The notes beneath the pieces are model-generated. The model had not been told where the DNA came from. It saw nothing but the letters and a program-made list of their open reading frames with translations, and ran no database searches. A DNA stretch of 63,565 bases, counting the filler, from Octopus bimaculoides (lineage: Eukaryota), in the NCBI RefSeq assembly GCF_001194135.2. It is 4 parts of 4 records of this genome, joined end to end, with 100 filler letters (N's around TTAATTAATTAA, not from the genome) between each part and the next. Parts side by side here need not be neighbours in the genome. Positions count along the whole stretch, not along the records: positions 44,886 to 60,236 come from NC_069001.1; positions 60,337 to 63,565 come from NC_068984.1; 2 more parts are not named here. The stretch is one strand, 5' to 3'. Position 1 is the first letter of the stretch, and each line of letters begins with the position of its first letter. This document shows positions 53,047 through 63,565 of the stretch, in pieces. The translations under genes and the position numbers were made by a program.

Positions 53047-53124
53047 TGGTTCCTTGGCCCGTGCCTCAGACATACCACAGATACGTGGTTCCTTGGCCCG
53101 TGCCTCAGACATACCACAGATACG
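53047..53124. repeat. Perfect 39-bp tandem duplication
   Basis: tggttccttggcccgtgcctcagacataccacagatacg x2. Confidence 0.95.
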
Positions 53125-53928
53125 ATCTTGGAAATTCTTCAACTCTTTCATTATAACTTATCCCACAGAGTAAATTTTTTTAAAAAAGAACAAAATTCAG
53201 GATGATTTTTTTTACAGTTTTTTTTTTTTTTGCTTTTTGCTGTTATCTCTTTTTCTTGTTTTTTTTTAGACTTACTGTGTTTTGTCAGAGGAGGGCAGTA
53301 GATGTGTGCGTGTGTGTGTGTGTGTGTGTGTGNNNNNNNNNNNNNNNNNNNNNNNNNNNNNNNNNNNNNNNNNNNNNNNNNNNNNNNNNNNNNNNNNNNN
53401 NNNNNNNNNNNNNNNNNNNNNNNNNNNNNNNNNNNNNNNNNNNNNNNNNNNNNNNNNNNNNNNNNNNNNNNNNNNNNNNNNNNNNNNNNNNNNNNNNNNN
53501 NNNNNNNNNNNNNNNNNNNNNNNNNNNNNNNNNNNNNNNNNNNNNNNNNNNNNNNNNNNNNNNNNNNNNNNNNNNNNNNNNNNNNNNNNNNNNNNNNNNN
53601 NNNNNNNNNNNNNNNNNNNNNNNNNNNNNNNNNNNNNNNNNNNNNNNNNNNNNNNNNNNNNNNNNNNNNNNNNNNNNNNNNNNNNNNNNNNNNNNNNNNN
53701 NNNNNNNNNNNNNNNNNNNNNNNNNNNNNNNNNNNNNNNNNNNNNNNNNNNNNNNNNNNNNNNNNNNNNNNNNNNNNNNNNNNNNNNNNNNNNNNNNNNN
53801 NNNNNNNNNNNNNNNNNNNNNNNNNNNNNNNNNNNNNNNNNNNNNNNNNNNNNNNNNNNNNNNNNNNNNNNNNNNNNNNNNNNNNNNNNNNNNNNNNNNN
53901 NNNNNNNNNNNNNNNNNNNNNNNNNNNN

Positions 53929-54070
53929 TGCTGGCAGTCCCATCCCAGCTCCTCTGTATCCTCCAAGACAACATGAAGCCTCTGGAGATCTTCCCCAAAT
54001 ATGTCCGACCATCTGATGCAGGGTTTGTCACCTGGCCTCTTCCAGCCTACAACTGCTACCTCGAATGAGA
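53929..54070 (-). mobile_element. RTE-like LINE C-terminal fragment
   Basis: WKRPGDKPCIRWSDIFGEDLQRL resembles the RTE R.RGRP..RW.D...DL motif. Confidence 0.5.
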
Positions 54071-55813
54071 GAATAAACTTGTACTTCCCCTGAAATTCCA
54101 AACATGGACTCGTTAGTCAGAGCCAGCTCAACCCAGCTCTGGGTGGATGCTGTCACAAAAGATGTCTAAGTGACCCCAACTACATTTCCCCTGAATGGGA
54201 CGCAAGTCCACTACAGGGTTAACTCATTGATAATTGAATAGATAGGAGCAATGTGGAATGATGTGTTTTGCTCAAAAACACAAAGCACTGCCTAGTCTGG
54301 GAATTGAAACCACAATCCTGCAATCACAAGTACAACACCCTGACCACTAAGCCATTAGGCTTTGCTGACACTAAGAGGCAGACTGCTCTTTCATTACTGC
54401 ATTACATAATCAATTTATTGACTGCACCTTAATAGAACAGGCATGCTCTGTTAATGTGCACATTGCACAGAAATGCAGCAGACAGGCTGCACCCCCGACG
54501 ACTAATTTATACAGAATATTTGACTTCTCTTTATAATGAATATATATCACAAGCTGTGAGTTAGTGTGAGCGATATTGATGGATTAATCACCATAGCAAC
54601 GGAGAGAGAGCTTATCTATTGTTGTATGTTTTGTCATAAGACTAAGAACTTCAAAGTTGCCATGGTAACAAAAGTACATGACAGAGGAAGATAGAAGATA
54701 ATGATAACAATAGTTTCTTGTTTTGGCGCAAGGCCTGCAATTTCGAGGGGTGGGGAAGAGAAGGGGATTACATCGACCCCAGTGTTCAACTGATTACTTA
54801 TTCTATCGACCCTGGAAGGATGAAAGGTAAAAGCTAACCCGGACAAAATTTGAACTCGGAACACGAAGATAGACGAAATATCACTAAGCATTTTTAACGA
54901 ACAACAACAACAACAATAATCCTTTCTACCACACTCTCCCAATTCTGCCAATACACAGCCCTTAAATATCATCATCATGATCACATACTTATGTATTCGT
55001 CAATATTATATTCATACACTGGTTCCCATCATCATCATCATCATCATTTCTTGCTTACACATGAAACTCTTTAAGGGACAAAAAAAAACAAAAAAAAAGA
55101 CATGAGCCAGTGGTGAGAAATGAACTCTTGACCTGCAGATAGGGCATCCGCAGCTACTGATGCTAATAATGAGAGTGGTGATGATGATGATGGCGATGGT
55201 GGTAGTGATGATGTAGGGAAAAAGATGATGGGGATGATGATGATGTTAATGTCAATGATTATGATGATGATGATGGTAGAAGTGATAAGGCAGACATCAA
55301 TAAGACAGCTGGCACAGGTTACATACATGTAACAGCAGTGAATCTGTAAATAATGCGTGAGAGAGAGGGGGGAGAGAGAGAGAGAGAGAGTGNNNNNNNN
55401 NNNNNNNNNNNNNNNNNNNNNNNNNNNNNNNNNNNNNNNNNNNNNNNNNNNNNNNNNNNNNNNNNNNNNNNNNNNNNNNNNNNNNNNNNNNNNNNNNNNN
55501 NNNNNNNNNNNNNNNNNNNNNNNNNNNNNNNNNNNNNNNNNNNNNNNNNNNNNNNNNNNNNNNNNNNNNNNNNNNNNNNNNNNNNNNNNNNNNNNNNNNN
55601 NNNNNNNNNNNNNNNNNNNNNNNNNNNNNNNNNNNNNNNNNNNNNNNNNNNNNNNNNNNNNNNNNNNNNNNNNNNNNNNNNNNNNNNNNNNNNNNNNNNN
55701 NNNNNNNNNNNNNNNNNNNNNNNNNNNNNNNNNNNNNNNNNNNNNNNNNNNNNNNNNNNNNNNNNNNNNNNNNNNNNNNNNNNNNNNNNNNNNNNNNNNN
55801 NNNNNNNNNNNNN

Positions 55814-55847
<34 letters not shown>

Positions 55848-55913
55848 AACATACATTTAAATATATACTTAATTTGTTTTACAACTGTTTTTCCTTGCTG
55901 GCATGAGTTAGAA

Positions 55914-55949
<36 letters not shown>

Positions 55950-56386
55950 CATATATATATGCATATTACAGATACACACACACATTACAAATATACACAC
56001 ACACATCATATCATATCTTGTGTGTGTTTATGTATTTCCCTGTATACGATCATCAGTTAAACTTTCCACTCCTTCGTTTAATTTTAAGTCATTATGGCAT
56101 CCTTGATGTTCATTAAGTTACAATTTCATGATGAATGAAGTGGGATGGGGGGTGGAGTAGAGGTTGTGGTGGTGATGATGGTGGGGTATGTGTTGCTCTC
56201 TGACAGGCCCCAGAACTCATCCCTTTGTTTAATAGGCAGAGCAGGAGGTTGAGATGAGGTGGGATGGGACAGGATGGAATGGGATGGTAGCAGGAAATTT
56301 AGAAAAAAATATAAGTTTGTGATAGATACTGCAGCCAACATAAGTAGTGGCTGCATCAGTACTCTCTATATTGGTGGTGTCTTTAA

Positions 56387-56689
56387 CCCTTTGCCTGCCC
56401 AGTTTGTCCTAAAGGTTGTCCTAAATGTCCAAGCTTGTTTATAGACGTTTGGTTAACCCCTGCTTCATACGTCCTGATTATTATAAAGCTTTCCATTTTT
56501 TAAAGTTCTAAGTTGCTCTGGTGGTTGAAAAAATTAGGAATGGGTGTCATATATGATGGACACGAGGGAGATATCTCCTGGGTATCACATGTGATAAACA
56601 GGACAGGCAAAATTAGGGATCTGATATGATATGTGATGCATGAATGCCAGGATAATATGCCCTGTCTATCACATGTGACGGGCAAAGGG
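56387..56689. mobile_element. piggyBac-type MITE (303 bp) with TTAA target-site duplication
   Basis: TTAA 56383-56386 + CCCTTTGCCTGC ... GACGGGCAAAGGG + TTAA 56690-56693; subterminal ATCACATGTGA repeats. Confidence 0.8.
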
Positions 56690-57083
56690 TTAAATATTTA
56701 ATAGACTGAGCATTAAAGCCAGCAAACTATTGATGGGAGAGGTGAAGACAGAGAGGTGGAGATAAACAGAGAGATAGATAGATAGAAAGAGACAGAGAGG
56801 AACAAAGAGACAGAGAGAGTTCTGGAAGTTTATACTTTTGATTAGATTAATTAGAATTGCTTCTCATTTATTTTGCTTTTAGTTGTGGTCAAGGCGGTGA
56901 AATAGTTTTGAAAGTAAAGCTTCTCTTTGAGGAACTGACAAACAGACTGACATACCGGGAGACAGAAGGTGGATGAGCAGTTTCAAGTTAGAAAACTAGA
57001 CAGAAGTTTCCAAGAAAAGAAGAGTTTCATAATGACAGGCAAATCATTTTTTTTTTTGGCTTATTTTCTATTTTTCACTGTTT

Positions 57084-57129
<46 letters not shown>

Positions 57130-58127
57130 AAAGAAGAGAAACCCTGCAGAAATGCAATGGAGGACCAGCTTACTGCTCCCAATACTTTCAAAGGATGATT
57201 CTTTTGACAGCTTCTCAGACAAGGCCCCTTGGCTATGGGCAAGATGGCCAAGACATAGCAGTACCGAGAGGACACAACTATCAAGCCACTGACCCTTGTA
57301 CAGATTCATGACAGGATTCAGTTCTTAAACCACTGGTCAGTATTGTGACCCTGATTTGATGCTTGACATGACACTCAAATGACTTTCATTACCAGAAATA
57401 CATTTTTAATTAGTTTCAAAAATAATAAAGGATTTAGCTGATGTTGCAGACATAAATTAACATGAAATTTTAATAGAAATCTTTAATTTAGATCAGTTTT
57501 AAAACATGAAGTCTGTACTTTAAAACTAAGAGGGTAGTCTTGGGCAGTTTGGTATCAAAAGGATTAAACCGCTGGTCAGTATTCTGGTCCTTACATTAAC
57601 CCGTGACAGGACACGACTGTTAAATCCCTGGTCAATACTGTGACCATCCTGTTGGCTCAATCAGTTGTAATTCTCTTATAATCCACAATACGGGACTTTG
57701 GACAAATCAAAATACAAATACACTGTTGATGTTGTGGTTGTTTGACACCAGGTCGGTCCGGAGAGAACAGATTTATACAAAGCAAAGGCTAAAACAGCCG
57801 AGACTAAACTAATCTTTTCTTCTAGAAGAGAGTACCTGGAACATCATCATCCAATATCTTCTTTTAATAAAACAGTAGCATGTAGTTTTAAGGGAGATTT
57901 GGTTTCTAGAGTTAGCAGGTCTAGTGACCATGTAGAGGTTCTGTCAATGATTTAAAATATTTGAATCAATATGTATAAAATTAGAAATTAAAAATTGATT
58001 CTATTTTTCTTGGTAGACAAAATGGGATGGGTTTTTTTTTAAAGAAATGTAGTCAATTATTTAAAAGACCTTAATGTGAGTATTGATGCCAATTATTTCA
58101 AGAGAGGATATATTTTATTATCATTAC

Positions 58128-58164
<37 letters not shown>

Positions 58165-58657
58165 CACTGATCTCTATAAAAAAAAGCTGACTTTGTGTCA
58201 AAATTTTAAAAAACATTATCGTTATTATAATTAATATGAGCATGGCCACATCACCAAAGACTGGGTCTTTGGATACATTGGTGACATTCTTGGCACTAAC
58301 ATCTGTAAATTAGTAAAGTCCCCTTCCATTGCAGGACTTCCCATTGATTATAGTTAGAAGGAGGTGTGTGTGTGTTTTAGTTAGGATATGAAGAAGAGCT
58401 TGCAAGAGAGAAGTGCTAAGACAGGGGTTGTTTTGCCTACTGAACTGAAACCAATATTAATAAAGGTATTTATTTCACTGACACCCATCCCTGAACACAC
58501 ACGCATACATTGGCATATATTATGTTAATGTTGTTCAACTGGTGTAATATCTTATCTTGCACACTGGAAAGTGATTTTGCTGAAGAATTCTCTTTTCAAA
58601 AATAATTTTAATAATTAAAATTTTAATTTTATAACACACTCACTTATATTTACATAT

Positions 58658-58692
<35 letters not shown>

Positions 58693-58957
58693 TATTTATA
58701 CATATTTTCATATATACTCACATATATATTTATGAAATATATTTTATACATTTAGATATAATTGTGAATGTGTATATATATATTTATATGTGTGTGCATG
58801 TGCACATATTTATACAAACACATTACACACACACACATACACACTGATGTACCATTTAGTATTGGGAGACTCAGGTAGGTTGATGAAAAAAAAAAGGGAC
58901 TAAAACACATGACATTGAATGGAGAATAAAGAAAACAAGATACAGACATGCATACGT

Positions 58958-59009
<52 letters not shown>

Positions 59010-59191
59010 NNNNNNNNNNNNNNNNNNNNNNNNNNNNNNNNNNNNNNNNNNNNNNNNNNNNNNNNNNNNNNNNNNNNNNNNNNNNNNNNNNNNNNNNNNN
59101 NNNNNNNNNNNNNNNNNNNNNNNNNNNNNNNNNNNNNNNNNNNNNNNNNNNNNNNNNNNNNNNATATATATATATATAAACCGGAGTAAGC

Positions 59192-59240
<49 letters not shown>

Positions 59241-60627
59241 AAGATTTAAGAAATAATTTTCTTCTTTCAACACATATCCCTGATACATTATCTTTAAAAA
59301 AAAAAAATTTTTTAATAGAGTACATTATTTATATGTACTCTATTTTCTATATAATGTACGTTTTGTTTACTTTTATATTGTACAGTTCCACACAAAACAC
59401 AACACTGAGGCTGAGATCATAGAAAAATATAAGCCATGGTATGTATACGCTTTGATTTGTCAACCTCAGAAAGATGAAAAAGCAAAGGAGACCTAGGCGG
59501 GATTTGAACTTAAAATGAGATTGAAAATACCAGAAGGTATTTTGTCTGTATCTCCACTGGCTCTGTTATACATCTTATACATACATCCACAGATACATAC
59601 AAACATACATATATGTAAACAAGCATACACACTTATACATACATGTATACACACATATATACACAGACATATACATAGATTTGAATATGTAAGTGTATTC
59701 ATATAATTATACACATACATATACATATATTTATATACACACACACAAAATGAATATTTAAAAATTGTGGGGTTGGGACTGAGTCAGACAAGGAATGGCA
59801 GCAAAAATAACATTCCTATAATTCTGTGATACGCCACCTATTCAATGGAACTTTCCCAGAGATTCTGTCTGGCCCAGTTCCACTCACATGACTTGGGTCA
59901 GCTGAGTGCAAAAGTCAGAGCACACTCACTAAAGGTGCAGCACATTGGGATTGAACTTGGAACCATAGGACTTAAAAGTGACCTTTTAAAAGCACACTTC
60001 TATACCTGTACTTATGTATAATTGTATGATGTATAAACAGTTACTTACATAGAGATATACTACACAAACACACACACAAATATAACAACATATTTACAGC
60101 AATTAGGCAACAAAAAAAAACCTTCCAGATTCATCAGTCTAGGACATGTAAAATATTGGGGGGTTTTATGCCACACTTTGTATATATGTACACACACATA
60201 TGTATATAATATGTGTGTATATATATATATATATATNNNNNNNNNNNNNNNNNNNNNNNNNNNNNNNNNNNNNNNNNNNNTTAATTAATTAANNNNNNNN
60301 NNNNNNNNNNNNNNNNNNNNNNNNNNNNNNNNNNNNATATATATATATATACAAACTACATAGGTTACACATACACGTATATATGTAAGCCGAAGGGCTT
60401 AAACCTACGATTACTAACAACATGCTGTAATAAAACCGAGCCAGATATGGTTTATTTTACGAGGTACCCCTTGTAAAATCACCAAATAAGACGCTTCTTC
60501 GTCGAGGGATGCACCATAACCAGTTGTACAGTATCCCAAGCACAAGGGGTCGATGCAAGATGGGTCGAAACGATCGTTGTGAGCAATAAAGTGTCTTTTA
60601 TACTCCATTTTCCGTTTCTATCATTTA

Positions 60628-60628
60628 T

Positions 60629-60688
<60 letters not shown>

Positions 60689-60697
60689 CAGAGAGAC

Positions 60698-60776
<79 letters not shown>

Positions 60777-60777
60777 A
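60628..60777. repeat. (GATA)n microsatellite (another at ~31235-31300)
   Basis: Directly visible. Confidence 0.95.
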
Positions 60778-61098
60778 CATATATGCACACATACATATAC
60801 TTCATTTGGCTCATATACTTAACAACTGCATCTCTAATTGTCTATCTCTCCTTGTTTCTGTATACGTCTGTCTTTTTCTCTCTATATGTATGTGTATGTG
60901 TGTGTGTGTGTGTGCGTGTGTACATACATACCTTTCATATCTGTTTATAAATGTCTATCCCTCTGTCTGTATGTCTGTCTGTCTGTCTGTATATTTCCGC
61001 TCTCAATTTACTAATTTTTTATTTAAATTCTCCTTAAAAAAATGTCTTATATTTCAGTGAATCATGCAGTCATTTAGCTTCCTTCCTCCTCCACCCCC

Positions 61099-61140
<42 letters not shown>

Positions 61141-61428
61141 CTGTCTGTCTGTCTATCGCTATCTACATCTTTCTATCTCCCACCACCAAGACACACAGAC
61201 ATACACACACAAATGCAGCAACAACAACAGCAACAACAACAACAACAACCATTAGAACTAAAGTCGTAAATAGTGAATCTTGACGACGTCATTCTGCAAT
61301 ATCTTGAAACTTAATATGTTCTACTTGTCATCATTCCTTCTGAAAAGAACTGGATGCAGTCAAACCACCATCACCTCCACCATTACCACCACCACCACCA
61401 CCACTTCTACTACTACTACTACTACTAC

Positions 61429-61474
<46 letters not shown>

Positions 61475-61476
<2 letters not shown>

Positions 61477-62435
61477 GAGGTTATGAAGCAGATAGAAGAG
61501 ACGGGTTATAAGTACTTGGGGATCTTGGAAATGGAGAAATTGATGGAGAAAGAAATGACAGAAAAATTTAAGGTGGAGCACTTACGCAGACGGAGACTGA
61601 TCCTTAAGTCGAAATTAAACGGACGGAATAAGATCGAAGCTATCAACACCTGGGTGGTTTCACTCCTTAGATATGGAGCAGGGGTAATCGCATGGACAGT
61701 AGACGAACTAAACAGCTTAGACAGAAAGACAAGGAAGTTGCTAACTAGATATTGGGATACTCCACCCAAAAGGTGGCACAGACAGACTGTATGTACCATG
61801 AAAAAGACGGGGAAGAGGACTTAATGGATGCGAACACAGCATTAGAGCAGAAGCAAACAACATAGCATGGTATGTAAAAAATGCCACAGAACTGCTATTA
61901 TTAGAAGTAAGAAGGTCAGGCTTGTGTAGGATGAAAGATTGCAAAGATAAAGCACTGTACAAGCAATTGAAAACGAATGAAACTGAAAATAGGTAGGTAA
62001 AGAAAAGAATGGAATTTTATGATTCAGTGCGACCATGAGATAGAGAATAGGAAGTCAGACATAGTCTTAATTGAGAAAGGAAACAAATTATGCTGGATCA
62101 TAGATATAGCATGCCCAGTTGACAACAAGGTATGCGATAAGGAAGAAAGGAAAGTCGAGAGATATGACAGGTTAGCTTGGGAGGTTAAGCAGTTGTGGTC
62201 GATGAAAAAGGTAGCAGTAGTACCAATAATTGTCGGAGCCCTGGGAAGAGTGAACAATAATCTCGAGAAGTACGTGGAAGAAATAGGGGCTGCAATAAGG
62301 GTGGAGCACTTGCAGAAAACAGCACTGCTTGGAACCACTCGAATACTCTGGAAGGTGCTCGAAAAATAAGAGGTTCACTGGTAGTGAACAGCTGACACTG
62401 TAGTACATCTCCAGCGTTAGAAGCTGTACAAAGGC
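61475..62435 (+). mobile_element. Second R4/Dong family-1 copy, 5'-truncated, ~390-bp internal deletion, (TAA)n on both sides
   Basis: Highly similar to 32503-33829; junction at ~62011 skips the equivalent of ~33034-33419. Confidence 0.93.
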
Positions 62436-62462
62436 AATAATAATAATAATGATGATAATAAC

Positions 62463-62494
<32 letters not shown>

Positions 62495-62736
62495 TAATAA
62501 TAATCTTCAGCTGCATAGTCAGAGTGGTCCTGTTTAACCACGCGGCAGTTTCGACACTCTCATCTATATTACATAAAACATGCACGACTTTCCTATGTCA
62601 CACCGAGTCCGGGCGGAATAACCTCAACGTCTTCATTCTCATCGGTAATCGCCAAAGAAATATGCAGACGAAAAGACAAGACATCTTTGGCGACAACTAC
62701 ATCAATGACAACTGATGATGGTGGGGGGGGGGTGAC

Positions 62737-62770
<34 letters not shown>

Positions 62771-62799
62771 GCAATAATAATTTAAAGAGAAAATAGTAG

Positions 62800-62893
62800 A
62801 GGCACATGAGATAACAAAAGAAGAAAATAAAAGAAAAACGATGACTAAGGCAAACATATAAAAATGTCAAGTTGAGAAGAAAGAAAGGAAGAG

Positions 62894-62956
<63 letters not shown>

Positions 62957-63565
62957 GAGATAGAGTGATAGAAAGAAAGAAAGAAAGAAAGAAAGAACGA
63001 TGAAGAGAATGTTTAAAACTGAAAGAGACAGCTTTTAGAGAGAATATGAGAGAGAGAGAGAGAGTGCGTGTGAGAGAGAGAGAGAGTGCGTGTGAGAGAG
63101 AGAGAGTGCGTGTGAGAGAGAGAGAGAGAGTGCGTGTGAGAGAGAGAGAGAGAGATGGAGAGAGATGGAGAGAGATATGTGGTGAGAGAGAGACAGAGTG
63201 AGACTGAGTCATAGAGGGAACGAGTGAGCGGGAGAGAGATGAGTGAGAAATAAAATGAGTAGCAGGACATGCGTGTACGTGTGTGTTTGAGAGGGAGAGA
63301 GAGGGAGAGAGTTTGTGTGAGAGAGAGCGCATTAGTGTGTGTGTGTGTGAGAAAGAGAAAGGGATAGAGGGAAAGAGAGAGGGAGAGAGTTTGTGTGAGA
63401 GAGAGCGCATTAGAGTGTGTGTGTGAGAGAGAAAGAGAGAGAGAGAAAGAGAGAGAGAGAAAGAGAAAGGGAAAGAGGGAAAGAGAGAGGGAGAGAGTTT
63501 GTGTGAGAGAGAGCGCATTAGTGTGTGTGTGAGAGAGAAAGAGAGAGAGAGAAAGAGAAAGGGAT
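62800..63565. repeat. Complex GA-rich microsatellite/minisatellite: (GAAA)n, gagagtgcgtgt x4, and gagagagtttgtgtgagagagagcgcattag x3
   Basis: Directly visible repeated units. Confidence 0.85.

Overview
Gap-rich, AT-rich animal genomic DNA that is dense in microsatellites. The SINE families and repeat landscape match what I recall of Octopus (coleoid cephalopod); this is an inference, not a database result. I recognise no intact host protein-coding gene, and almost all listed ORFs are microsatellite or N-gap artefacts. The window is intronic or intergenic and holds: (i) several decayed R4/Dong-clade (RLE-endonuclease) non-LTR retrotransposons sitting in (TAA)n tracts, including three stacked in tandem at 32.2-35.1 kb and a near full-length copy at 41.1-44.3 kb; (ii) RTE-clade LINE ends, mariner/Tc1 remnants, two back-to-back TA-flanked MITEs, a TTAA-flanked piggyBac-type MITE and a Helitron-like 3' end; (iii) four tRNA-derived SINE families. 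The most interesting unexplained signals are five dispersed minimal type-I hammerhead-ribozyme-like motifs, four with palindromic stem-III tips (3129, 5077, 6309, 13388, 28622), a textbook recursive-splice (AG|GTAAG ratchet) site at 2053/2054, a ~550-bp diverged inverted duplication, and a TATA / ETS-site-array / splice-donor module at 44.9-45.2 kb. Element boundaries marked '~' are read by eye.
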